From Rhynchobatus australiae (Eukaryota): a stretch of 64,000 nt of DNA. Positions within the stretch are counted from its first letter, which is position 1, and each line of letters begins with the position of its first letter. This document shows positions 25,401-38,853 of this stretch, piece by piece. The stretch covers positions 47,500,335 through 47,564,334 of the forward strand of contig JAUZTB010000118.1 of the NCBI GenBank assembly GCA_034780895.1, read 5' to 3'. The notes beneath the pieces are model-generated. The model did not search any database and had not been told where the DNA came from. It saw only the letters and a program-made list of their open reading frames with translations. The position numbers and the translations under genes are program-made.

Positions 25401-26589
25401 TGATTTTCAGACTAAAACAACAAAGCGATTTGTTTCTATACTTTTGGCTGGCGGATACATAAGTAGTATGCATCCCACATTGATGAGCTGCTGCTGTTGT
25501 CTATTTGAAATGTCGAATCAACAAATGCAATAATTTATGAAATAGTACTGGAATTGTACGGTTATTGATTAAGAGAAGATTATCCAAAATTATCTAGTAG
25601 CTTCAATACAGACAGAGCTTATGATCCACAAATAAAAAGTACACTGTGCAAATAAGAGCAAATGTATGTGTAAATACAACTCGTACATATATTCCTGTGT
25701 GTGTAAGTACAGATGTACATCTGTGCACGTGCACGTACAGAAAAAAAATCAGCTCCCATGTGGTCTCCAGCTGCAGGTGGAAATTCAACAATAAAAGTGC
25801 CCCTCAGAGCAGGGCTAACCGCGATTACAATTAAGTCTGTGTGAGTGACCATTAAGATATTTTAAATAATGAAAATGGAGCTACGTTGGTTTAGAAGATT
25901 AACTCGTCCTGGGGTGACTTTTTTTCATAAATTCCCGGATTTCGGAGTTGACGATTCCCTAAGTGCCTGTAGTAGAACAAATATTTTATACTCAATTAAT
26001 GTTACATACTTACTAAATGATTAATGCATTTTCACTGCATTCAGCCTAAATAATAACAAAGTATCATTGGATGTGAGGCACGTTGTAAATACATGACACC
26101 TGTTAACTGTCTATAAAAGTGATTCTCTGGCTAAAGTTTTACAAAATGTTTATTAAAAGCGGCGAGTGTTTAAAACAAAATACTCAAGATCTTATATCTA
26201 TATTATAATTCGATATACAGATCGACACTTTACTATTAACAGCATTGCATTCAGTCTTTTCTTAGAATAATTTTGTAAATACATTTTGCAACAATGCCTT
26301 AATTTTGTTGTGACGCAATTGTTTCCTAGCTAATATCGCTCAGCCGTAAGTGTCAACTTTTACATTGCTTTCTTAACTGGTATTACTACTAAAGTCAGGC
26401 ACTAGAATTTTACAGACTCCTTAACTTAGAATAGAAATGAATGACTTATTTATATAAACAAAAAGAAGCAAAAAGGATTTGCTTTGGAATATAATTGTCT
26501 AAAATTATTCAAATGAAAAATTAGATTCCGTTTTGGACATTTGAATGAATTCCCTTTAATAGAGAGACGCTCCTCCAGGGTTTAACAGA

Positions 26590-26930
26590 ATGGACCAATC
26601 AGAATACAACATGAGATAACCAGTTATCAAAACGACCGCCTCGTGTAATCGCTACGACTTGCAGATAATTGGTGAACGTTAAAAAGCAGGTCCGTACGAT
26701 TGGCCAACTTTCGCAGATGAGGATGAGGGTCATTGGTGAATGAATCAGCAGCTCACACGGTGATTGGCCAAGACCTTGAGTTGGTTGGTGCTATTGGTCA
26801 ATGGGAACGGCAAAGATTGCTTGACTGGCTGGTGATGATGTGATTGACAGTAGCCGGGGCCGTGCGTCGTCCCCGCAGGGCTGAGCCTCGGGCGAATCAG
26901 CGCCGAATCACTGTGGGCTCAGCCACATTT
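26590..26930 (+). promoter_or_regulatory. pax5: Pax5 exon 1B promoter: CCAAT-box array, TGATTGACAG decamer, GC-rich segment
   Basis: CCAAT at 26595; ATTGG at 26668, 26699, 26732, 26763 and 26793; TGATTGACAG at 26841-26850; CpG-rich 26850-27000. No ATG occurs from 26941 to the 1B start at 27390. Confidence 0.75.
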
Positions 26931-27389
26931 AAACACTATGGAGGAGACTGAGCGCGACTGAATACAGAGCAGGGGGCCAGCGCACTCCGGGGAAACAGGA
27001 ACCCGCCTTTGCACACACAGCGGACAAATTGCACAGGAAAACGCCAAAAAAAAAGAAGCTGGAATTCTTAAAAGGATTTTTTTCCGGGTGTGAACGATTT
27101 CGAAGTTAAAATTCACTGCTGTCACTGAGTAGCAATTGGATTCATTTTTTGGGGGCATTGCATTGCATCTGACAAACTTAACTTTCACGTTTCTTGCACA
27201 ATCCGCCTGAAACCTTGAGGATCACAAAGCTGTAGAACCTACAATTAGTGGCTGGGATCGAGATCTTCTTCTGGGTTTGCGTGGGGCGCTGCTCACCCTC
27301 TTTTGTTTTTTGGGAGTATAGGTGAAGGGGTTAAATCCAGACCAGAAAATCGAGGTTTTCTCCGAGTTGAAGACCGGCTGCGCCTTTTC

Positions 27390-27432
27390 ATGGAAATCCA
27401 CTGTAAGCACGACCCGTTTGCAGCAATGCATA
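27390..27432 (+). CDS. pax5: Pax5 alternative first coding exon 1B (MEIHCKHDPFAAMH + A)
   Basis: Nearly identical to mammalian PAX5 1B MEIHCKHDPFASMH. Donor GTAAGT at 27433; A+GG=Arg continues into HGGVNQLGG. Confidence 0.95.
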
Positions 27433-29880
27433 GTAAGTAGGCAGCTCCTTCCCTGGCTCGTCTGGCGGTTCCTAGTGAGTGAGAGTGTGTAAGGAGTGCT
27501 GGAGTACCCGGTTTCACAAACCGATGTTCAGATGTCCCTGGACCCGGAGCAACGCGAAGTACTGGAAAGGGAACGTGTTTTGCTGAAAATCACAACCGAG
27601 TCACACGTGCACGGCTAATTTTACTACCATCCCCAATGTTCCTGAATTAAAAGCGAGTTAATTAATCGATTTCTTAATTCTCATAATTAAATATAAAACA
27701 GCAACATTCGAGGACACAGTTACAATATTATTTTAATTGCATATACTTTTACTCAGAAATAAGATATGGTATTGTTGCTTTCTGTGACGAACACGGTTTG
27801 TAGTGAACGTCAGTGTCTTTAGTAGAAGATCATTAACATTCCTGAACCAAAAAAATGATTTAGTTGCCAGTAAGTTGCAAAGGAGTATTAACCAGGGCAA
27901 TAAATAAGGTCGACGCCTAACTGTTTCGTTTCGCATTATCCAAATTGCTTTTACTGTTGTGAATACAATGGCGAGTAATAAGCCGAGGTAAAACAGTGAA
28001 AGTCTTCACTGATGGAGTTGGACCACGCAGAAATCTCCAGCACGTTTGTTTTGGTTGACAGAGTTGGCTGGGACTTGTCCATTTGGTCGATGTTATATGA
28101 AATGACACATCCTATCACGGTGTGTTAAGTGTTATTATACCTACAGCTTGTAAACAGATGCTTTATCAACTCGAACTAATCATATTGTAGAAGGGTCTAG
28201 ACACACTTTAGGAATGGCACCTCGTTGGCCAGGTTTACTGTGTGTAAAACAGGTTTAAGTTTATCCCTCCAACTCAAAACAAAATGTATCGATTTAAAAT
28301 TGTTACAGCACAGTGATGTGAAGCAACTGCGCAGACACTAACTTTAAGATCGAAACAAATATTATTGATTTTATAAAGAGATATTGCTATAAGAGTAATG
28401 TATTTTTAGAATCCTATCCGGTATTAATCTATTTCAAGACTGAATTATATATTTAATCATCCTGGTCCGTTTGCAATAGGAAATAGCCGCAGTTTCATTT
28501 TGAACTTTTTAAAAAAATGGTTAAAATCTCAGAAAAAACTGGGCAATGAAAAGGAATTTATTCTGATCTGGCGTGAAATCGGATGATTTTCTTTTGAAAA
28601 AAAACACTTGCAAATTTTCTAGTTCGCAATTTTCAGCTCCAGAGACTGAAATGAGGTACCATTTCACTGACAACGAAACGGAAGTAATACATATTTTTGC
28701 CTCATTAGTAAGGCGTTAATTTCACTTAGTGCTAAATCCGGTAAAAGTAGCAACGAAAGAGACTAAGTACCTCCCGGCGCAGATTACCCCTCTGCTGCAG
28801 GTATCAATCCATTCTCGTTATAACTTTCCTTCCCTCCGGCTGTGACACAGACTAATAAAAAAAAACCCTGGAGATTTATATGGGACGATTTATGTCAAAC
28901 ACTCCAAGTTTTGCATAAAACAATTTTGTTGCCGATTTTCATTTATTAACACTTAGGGACGTATTTTAATTCCGAATGTAGATCCCCTGAATCCAAATTG
29001 GAATGCTGTTTTTTTTGGAAATCATTATCATCCCGAATTAGGATTTATTATTTCCTTTCCCATTCTCGAAAGCCATCGAAATTTACTATCCCCTTAGGAT
29101 AAAAATATACTGTTTTCTTTTGCAAGATAACGTGCGAGCTACCACTAACTGTGTGGTAAATATCCAAACATTCTGTTACATTCGCTGCGAGAATCCAACC
29201 GTTCGCAATTCTGCAGCCGATTACTCAAAAGAAACATGTCTTGCTCCCAGAAGACTGAACGGGACTAATATCTGTCCACAAATCTCCGAGCGACAGGAAG
29301 CTGAAGTTTCATCGAAAGGGGCGCTTTTTCTGTTCCGAATTCAGTGGGTCACTTTCACTTTCAGTGAACATCTCGCGTGCCTCAGCCTCACAGCAACGAT
29401 CTTTACTGTACATTTTTAAAGCTGCTAACTGTAACTGAAGGGACTGTTGGCGTATATTGCGTTAATTTTATAATCCACTAGAGTGTTTAGCTGCCCCTTT
29501 CCTGAGGGCAGTTGTTGGCTGAGAGCGTGTGGACGTGATGTGAGGGGTGTTCCAGAAAGCCACTTTGTCCTTGCCTCCTTGGAAGTGTTCCCCTCTAACC
29601 AAATGCGGCGGGTTGCTCACCCCATTGCTCTTCTCCTAACTTCTCCAGCCCGTGTATTACTCCAAAACCACTGTGCCCCCTACCCCGTCCCCACGCCATC
29701 CCAATCCTACCCTTCCATAACTGTGTAGAGGAAAGGGTTCTGAACTCCTCACCCCCCTATATTTTTTTTTGCTGGCCCGTGCATTGCCGATAATTCTACG
29801 TGGGAGACACGGACTAAGTGCTTACTGTATAGCTGCAGTGTTTCTTTTCTTTCTCTCTCTGTTTTATGTATTGTATACAG

Positions 29881-30046
29881 GGCATGGCGGGGTGAATCAG
29901 CTCGGAGGAGTCTTTGTGAATGGCCGCCCTCTCCCCGATGTTGTCCGGCAGCGAATCGTGGAACTGGCCCACCAAGGAGTGAGACCCTGCGACATCTCCA
30001 GACAGCTCAGAGTGAGCCACGGCTGCGTTAGCAAGATTCTGGGCAG
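29881..30046 (+). CDS. pax5: Pax5 exon 2, paired domain N-terminal part ([55 protein letters not shown])
   Basis: Polypyrimidine tract with TACAG acceptor, donor GTAAGA at 30047, 166 nt. Confidence 0.98.
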
Positions 30047-33000
30047 GTAAGAGGCAAGAGGAAAGAGAAATGTCAAACATGGTATCTGCCTGAAACCAAA
30101 TGGGGCCCAAACTGATAATTACAGTTCAGCAACAATAACATCTTAGAGGAAATTCAACCCTGAATGGAGCATGAATTTGAAAATTCCTAGAAATTATACA
30201 CAAGGCCGAATTCCGAGGGGGAAGCGAAAAGCCTAAATAAATCAGAAATTATAGTGCAAACAGGAAACGTTCATCATCGGGCAGTGTGTTCAGTGGAATA
30301 GTAATAATGGAAACAATCTTACAGGCAAGAAAGTAATAATGAGAAATAGTGTTAGAGGCAAGAGAATCAGAAGTAATTCAAACCTAACATTACAGATATG
30401 AGGAGAAGAAATAATCCAGGAGCGACATATCCCAGACAAAGCCTTTCCTGCAGGTAATCCATCAGAAAGGATATAACAACAAGGTAATCCTTAAATTAAG
30501 AGAATCAGATATCGGAGAATAGCAGAAAACGATTCGCCAAAACCCCAGCAAGTAAAAGCCATGCATAATACAGAAGAAATCCCTAGGTTATAAGAAAGCA
30601 AAATAATCCTTTAATATATGTCAGCCCTTCCAAACAGACAGTAAATAGCTGGTAGGTACAAAGATAAATATTAGAAATGCCTAGGAAACGCATAGACACA
30701 GTTAACACATATTAATGTGCAGGGCAATGATTATAGACACCGCTGCTGCTGTTTCAGTGTCAGTCTCTGCAGTCACTTTTTTTTTAGCAGAGACTAGAGT
30801 GACAGCGAGAGCACATTCTACCCCCACATTCTGCTCCCTCACTTTACACGGCAGCCCTGACCCCTGGCAGCCTTTAGAAGGACTTACATTCACGCTGCCT
30901 GGTACAAAAGATGAGGGCGTCGAATCCAGGTGCAGAGGGTACATAAACATGTAATATCATACCTATACACAGAGGCGAACATTTCGAACAAGGCTCTTTG
31001 CCTCGAAATTAAATTATGCCAAGTGGTATGTGCACCCAGAAAAATGTGTATTTGCACATATCGGCACCAGAACACGCGGCACTCACCCCTACATGAAACC
31101 AACAAGCTGAACACTACTTATTTAAACAGACGAAAAACAAACCGGCATACAAATTCACAGCTAAAAAGTGAAACCTAAACATAACACTTTATATTGTTCC
31201 TTCTCTTAGTCTCGGACACTCGCGTTAATTAGGTTTATTTGCGTTGATATTTCATATATTTTGATGATGTCGCGTTTTGTAGAAGAAATAGTTCAATTGC
31301 ACATTAAACTAAGAAGTTCCTTTATGAATCATTTGCTTAATTATTAATGTTAGGAAATAAAATTGATAAAGTTCCACCGTTTATACTTGTGGGATGGGAG
31401 AGGAGTAACCATTACATGCTATAGTGGAGAAATATTAATGCAGATGTTGTGTGAGACGATGGGGTTTTGGGCAGATTAAACCCTTCTATCATCTTATAAT
31501 ACCACGATTTAAAATTGCAATTACACGTGCATGAACGCTGGGCCTGGGGTACAGATGGGATGTCATTACCCAAGTCAGATCAATTTATCAAAGCACAAGC
31601 GGGAGCTGAACTTTTATTTTTATTGATGCTCTGCCAGAGTTTGGGTCAGTGATCATCGGAAACTTTTTTTTACCTTAGTAAGATAATTCTTATTTTCCTT
31701 TGCACTTGGACGAGCTCCATTGTATTTTCAAGGGATTTGAAATCACCAGGCTTCCAGTGATTTTGTTCCCCTAGGAGAAGCGTGACTGACCTATCACAGG
31801 CCCCGGTGAGACAATATTGTTTTTAAAATTAATTGACTTATTGGAAGTTCGAAAACTAGAGTTTAGGGTTAAACCGCAATTTTAAAAAATCTTAGCAAGG
31901 CCAGTAATCAGATGAATCAAACGAAATGTTAGAGAAATCTGCGCCAGTCGTTTTGGGGGTCCTTGGATCTGAAAAAAAAATTCCACTGAGATCAACTACG
32001 GTTAGAGCCAGGCCTCCTGCCATAATTGATCAAACTTGGGGAACACGACTCTTTCTCTGTGAATTAAACCCGATCACAGTTCCCATTGTACCGTGCACCC
32101 CTTTTTGCACATTTGCTTTGTTCTTGCACAATTTCTAATTCACTAATTGACGCATAGTTAAATAGCAGACAGTTCATTTGACTCTCTTACCAGGCTCGAA
32201 AGTTGGCCAAACGAATAACGAAACACTTTCTAAACAAGGTTACACACCAGGGCAGAACGTTTCTTATTTGAAAGTTATGCAATCTTGGAGAGTTAATACA
32301 GGCAGGAGCTAGAATAAATTCCAGTGACCAGATTAATAGACCACTGCAACGCTTACGTTGCTAACGGCTCGGTTTGAGTTATAAATCTCAATGAATTTGA
32401 CACGACTATAGGAAGACTGTCATTTACTAATTAATTTAACAATTAACTGAAAGTTACCGATTGTCTTCTCTGATGATGAAAATCTGACATGTTCCTAGCC
32501 AAGTTTCACGTTTCAACTACAAGGAAAAATGATTTGTTCGAGCAAAAAAAAACCTCGGAATATTCTCTAATTTCCCATTTTCTCGCCGCCACTAACTTCT
32601 CTCGGCCAGACCCTGAGTAGTAATGGAAAGCTGCTGGCTTCAGATCAGTCTCAGCAGCAACCGCACGTCCATAGAAAGAGAAATTAAATGTTCAGGAAGA
32701 AGCAAAGCGTGTGGAGGGAAGGGCGGTCGGAGCGCAGTGAAGCAGGGATTAGCATTCAGGTCCCCACTGACTAAGCTTTAAGCACAACCAGCAGTCCATC
32801 GTTGCCACCAGTCATTCTCTCCCCCTTCTCTATTACACACATTTATTCCCTGCAAGGTTTGTTAAGAGGCTCACGATGCTATTGCATTCAATTCCACTCC
32901 GCTTAAAACAGATCGGAAGATCCACTCCAATCGCATCTTGCAGGAATAGGAGCAGTTCATATGTGAGTGTCTTTGCCTCTTGATCCTGTTTAGCGAAGGT

Positions 33001-33505
33001 GCATAATTTTGAATTAAACTGTAATTGTTTTGTCAGAAATATTTGGTGATTTATTGATCTATTACCCAGTGTGAAGGGCAATGTACATAATTGCTTTAGT
33101 AAGCAAAAAATTGTCTTTTTAAGCGTTACTTTGGAAACTTCCTCTATTCTGCTTCGCTAGCAGTTTGACCGCTCGCCACATCTACTCTTAGGAGTATAGA
33201 ACGTAGCACATGGAACACAAGAACATACCTAAGATCTTCTTTTAAAATTTTCCCGAGTTTCAATGGCTTCATAAAGGCAATTTTTATTCTAATTACCCCG
33301 CTGGACAAATATGGGTCTCGAATTCAGAGATAATTTGTTTCATTTTGGGATCTATCTGCGTTGTTGTGGAGTTTCAAAGGACATCTTCCACGCCTTCTCA
33401 TTACACAACAGGGATCTCAGTTTAAGACTCTTCACTGTCGACTTAAATCAGTAATGCGGAAACCTGTCCTTGGACAGTGCTTCACGGAGAATAAGTCTGA
33501 CCTTG

Positions 33506-33508
<3 letters not shown>

Positions 33509-33536
<28 letters not shown>
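33509..33536. repeat. (GA)n microsatellite
   Basis: Direct reading. Confidence 0.95.
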
Positions 33537-36500
33537 CGGCGGCACACAGACAAAAAGAGAAAGACAGTGAATAACGCCAAGAGGGAGATTGAGACAGAGA
33601 GAACGACAGGNNNNNNNNNNNNNNNNNNNNNNNNNNNNNNNNNNNNNNNNNNNNNNNNNNNNNNNNNNNNNNNNNNNNNNNNNNNNNNNNNNNNNNNNNN
33701 NNNNNNNNNNNNNNNNNNNNNNNNNNNNNNNNNNNNNNNNNNNNCGGTAATTTAGCCAGCTTGATCCACCCGGTTTAAACAAGAATGGGCGTTTTTTTGC
33801 CGGAAGTGATTAGGTGGATGTCCTGGGCTGTGCTGTGGCCGGCTCATGCTCGGAGCAGTAAGCTAAGGCTGGAGATTCTAACAGGCACCTGACTTGGTTC
33901 TGGGAAGCAGTTGTTGTAAGCTATTAATAGGAGCATCCTGAAGGTGTCTCTGTTTGGTGAATCGTCTTTCTAGCCAGCTTTTAGTCTTTTGAACATGTTT
34001 CAGCCCCTTGTGGAGGTTCCCAGCTTTGCTTCCACTGACAGGAATAAACATTAAAAAAGGGAAATCCAAGTAACTACTATGCAAGTCTTGCCATGAATAT
34101 AATCAGGTTATTGGCCACTCTACATTTCTTTTTTTTTGACTGAATATGTCCAACGTATTTGTCAACCATTATTCATGTGGGTGATCTGTTCTGAATGGGA
34201 AGCGTGGGCTGGTTGTTTTTGTCCCGTCGTCTCCCCTGATCACTTTTCCTCTTTATTACCTATCGGTTTCTTTCCTTTTTCATTCCCTTTCTTCGTCTTT
34301 TTCACTTCCCCTCGACCAGGTTCTATCTTTCTGCGTCTGTTTTTCTGCTACAGAGGTTCTTTACATCCTTGTACTGGAATCTAGCCCACCACCATGTTCA
34401 GGACCAAGGACAGGTTGATCCCTGCTGATAGTGGAAGTCCGGGTTTACTGTTCTAAATCAATGCCCAGGATTGGGCAAAAGGCCAAAATTAACAGGATTT
34501 TTGAGACTGTCGCTCAAATTAACACCACTTTGCTGTCAACAGCGTAGACAAACTCATAGGACGCAGATTTCAATAATATTAACAGAAGAAACTCAAACAG
34601 AGAGACAAAACTAACAAGAAGTGACAGGATCTCGTGGGTGCGGTGATGAATATGACGAAAAAGTGCCATCTTAAAGGAAAAACACACATAAGCAGGGAGA
34701 AGAATGGCGGAAGGGATGTGTTTACAGTTAGGAAACCCTTTTCTAAAAGTAAAAGGTAATCAAAAGATTGAAACGCAATAACCATAGTCATTTTTGTCGC
34801 TTATGTGTGTTGCTGCCTCACGTAATGCACGCCCATTCCTTACCAGCATGAGTTCCCCATGCTTTTTTGACTCATTAAAATTAAACACTAAATATTTCCA
34901 TTCCTTTATTCGTTACATTTTATTTTAAACCTTTATCTTTGATTATTTAACTACACTGGAACGGTGTGAGATTTAGGGAGGAGAACATCATCATCAACAA
35001 CTATAATAAGAGCAACTTGCAATTATATAAATCAATCTTTCTAAACGATTACTAGATAAAGCCGTTCGTGCACGAAACGATGCAAAGCATGTATCAGGGA
35101 TAAGAATAAGCAGGACATTAAATCTTTCTTTATTTTTAGTGAAAGGCTTCCGTTGTCCTATTCACCCCAGCAATGTGAGGTGGTATTTGCAAGGTGTTCC
35201 ATGGGGATCTGAAGGTGTAGGGTTGTAGCTGGAAACGTACGGTGCATCCCATTATTCCACAAGACAGAACAATGGTCATTGGTCACCGGTCAGGTGAAGT
35301 ACGATGCTGGTTAATTCTTCAGGAAACTTTTTTACCTACCTTCTATGATTGATAGATGAAAACATTGGTAACGTGTCACCTTGGTCAAAACCTTGCTTGC
35401 AATGCAGTTAATTTCTGTGATGATTTGAGTATAATAGTTAATTGTGACCATAGTTCTTTTTAAAGAAAAGTTTATCTCTTTTTGTCCCTTTCCCGGATAT
35501 ATATTGTTTCTCGTTTGATGCTAAGAATTAAAACAGAAAATGAAGTTTTAAATTTGGCAATGGTTTCCCAAAGACAGTCCTCCATAGACTTGACTTGATA
35601 ACAAGTTTTCTAAGAGAACTCGCGTGGAATTTTATTATTCTAATTAAACACGTAGATGAAATGTACAAAATAAATCTTAATGGCAAAAAGTTTGTTCTGG
35701 CCTTCCCTTTATAGGATACATCTCCAAGACACAGCTGGAGCTTAGAGATCCACATGACGATTCTCCTGGGATTAACTGTCATAATAACTTCGAGTATATC
35801 CCACCCAGACATAGTATTGTTATTTTTCATAATTCTCTCCCAAAATTTTTTAGTCTGCTGACAAACGAAAATCGCAACGCTCACCGAAACCGTGACTGGG
35901 CGAAAGTGTTTTACAGAATCATTTCAAATGGAAAACACCTTCTACACACAAAAAAAAATGGCGTGGTGGTGGGACAGTGGGAGTGGGACGGGAAACTTGC
36001 ACTTAAAACTGCATCACATCCCTCAGAAATGTCCCCGAACTCCCCACAGACAACGTATTACTTTGAAGACCATTTACTGATATTATGTACATAATTTTAA
36101 TACATTAGAAACAATATATNNNNNNNNNNNNNNNNNNNNNNNNNNNNNNNNNNNNNNNNNNNNNNNNNNNNNNNNNNNNNNNNNNNNNNNNNNNNNNNNN
36201 NNNNNNNNNNNNNNNNNNNNTTTGTGCCCCCCCCCCCCCCGTTTATGGCGTCGTTCTCCTTAAACTCCCAGTATCTGCACGTCCTTTCAACCTCTGTTGT
36301 CCTCCCAACCCCATCCTCATTTTTCCAAATTTTGCCCCGGCTGCTTTAGTTCTCTCTTTATATTTCTGCTTTTTCTCTGATATTACAGAAATCTCAATGT
36401 CCCCCCCCACCTCCCACCATAAGTTTTGGTCATTGATGCCTGTGTCAGATATGGAGACGCAAAGGTTAAATAATCCAGACAACCGAATGACAACAGAATA

Positions 36501-37533
36501 AAGAGCTTTAGAAACATTAAAATCAAAGTATTAATAATTGTAACACTGAACTGACATAAATAATTCTACATAATAATAAAAAATAAAATAATTGATCCAT
36601 TATGGCAAAGCAGACGTCAAATCAGGTTATAACAGTAACATTTTTGAAGCAAATGCAACCAGTTAAGGTACCTCAGGCGAAACATTTCTCGACGTTTTCG
36701 ACCTGGAAGTGCATCATTTCAATTATTTGCTGCTACTTTTTTTCAGAATAAAATTTAACAAAACTTGATTATTGCATTTAGTTCTTCAATATTTTTTTGC
36801 GATGACAATACAAATGTTAGGGCTCAAGTGTATTATCACAACCACCAGACCTCTCCGGCAAACTTGAAATAAGAAAGTTCTTACCTACCCCCTCAAGGAA
36901 CTTGCTGTGTCTTGGAAGTGGCCACTGTGCAAGTGATTAACTCAACATTTCATTGTTAGGAAAATTATTGAGCGATAATGGTTTTTAGCACAATACACAA
37001 ACATACTTAAAACACGTTATACATCCCATTGTGCAGATACCCACACATGTGCACGCACGCATGCACGAATACACACAGGTGTACTAACACACAGGAAGGG
37101 TTACGTAGTCAAGCGCCTGTGGATAGAACGAGTCCACCAGGAACTGGCGCCAGTTGACTGGGAACTATCCTGTCAACCGCCCTCAGAATCTTTTCTGTTT
37201 CGATAGGATAACCTGTCATTCTTATATATTCCAGGGAATGTAGGCCCATTCACACCAACGGTCANNNNNNNNNNNNNNNNNNNNNNNNNNNNNNNNNNNN
37301 NNNNNNNNAACTAAAGTTTTTTATTGTCTTTAGAATTAGACGAACGTTTTTCTACTTCTTATTCCAATAGAACATAGAATTCTGTTCAGACAATTGATCA
37401 GATATGGCAGATTAAAAATGATTAGAGTTAACTCTCTGATCAAATTCTGTTTGCGACCTCATTCCGTTTTTTTCCCATTATTGTGCTCAATCTCAAGTAA
37501 CACTCTCAATATTTTTCTCTTTTGGTTTATTAA

Positions 37534-37773
<240 letters not shown>

Positions 37774-38228
37774 TAATTGACCCTCAGCCTTCACAACACG
37801 GCGGCCTCAAGCCGTTTTTAAAAAAAAACTTTACAAACGATATTTGGAGGAAGTAAACAAGAGGATAAAAAAACCTCTGAACACTTAACATTTAAAAGTA
37901 ATATTTAGTTTCCTTCATTTTGTTTTCTAAAGAGTTGGACCCCCTAACCATGGGGTAGCTCTCTAAGTGCAGGACAAATCTAATCTCCCACTGGAGCAAT
38001 TATTTCTTAGGCTGTTACCCCTTTGATCAGTCATTGACCTCTGTTTTTACTATGTTCCTTTTTCCTAAGGAACCTCTTTCTCTCATCCCCTAATCTGTTG
38101 GCTCTTTTTCTGCTACATTTATCAGCTTCCTTCAAATTGACTGCTTTTAGTGTACAATATTTCTTTATTTCACAATCTTTGTCCTGTTGTTCACTTTGGA
38201 GATCATAAAATGTAGTTCTTTTAATTCC

Positions 38229-38853
38229 TTATTTGCACCTCTTCCACCCTGGTCTGCTGCATTCAGTGCTCACAATGTAGCCTCCTCTGCATCGGTGAAA
38301 CAAAGTGTAGACTAGGCGACTGTTTTAGCAGAGTACCTGTGCTCAAGCTTCCATTGCATGTCAGTTCAACTCCCCTTCCCACTTTCACACTGACCTGTCT
38401 GTCCCCGGCCTTCTCCATTGCCACAGAGAGGCCAAATGCAAATTCAAAGACCAGCATCTCATTTTCCACTTGGTTAGCTTAAAACCCAATGGTAGAAGCA
38501 TAGAATTTTCCAATTCCAGGTAACTGTGTTGATCTCCCACACACATTCACCTGTCCATCTAGGTTTCTCCTGCCTTTGTTCAGCTTTCCCATTCCACTCC
38601 CCCACCTGGTTCTATCTGCCTATCATCTGGAGCCTCATCTGGTTCCACTTATCACCTACCTGCCTCTATCACAGCTTTCCCTTGTACTTATGTCTACTGG
38701 CACCCTCTTCTCTCCCCTCACCTGTTGTAAGATCTTGACCTGAACCATCTACATGCACCTTTTGCCTCCACAGATGCTGTTTGACCCATTGAGTTCTTCC
38801 AGTGTTCTGTGCTTTGTTCCAGATTCCAGCATCTGCAGTCTCTTTTGTCTTCA
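38229..38853 (+). mobile_element. Penelope-like element 3' fragment: decayed GIY-YIG endonuclease plus terminal repeat
   Basis: From 38231 it translates ICTSSTLVCCIQCSQCSLLCIGETKCRLGDCF (compare VYCI.C..C...YIGET.R.L..RF). Later come GLLHC..EA..K...QHLIF.L...PNG..IEFSN and then the CACAGATGCTG...CCAGCATCTGCAGT repeat. Confidence 0.8.

Noticed and set aside
29769-29880. N-terminal extension of ORF 29769-30050 (likewise 46111-46132 and 46265-46338)
   Set aside because: These are intronic read-through beyond clear splice sites.
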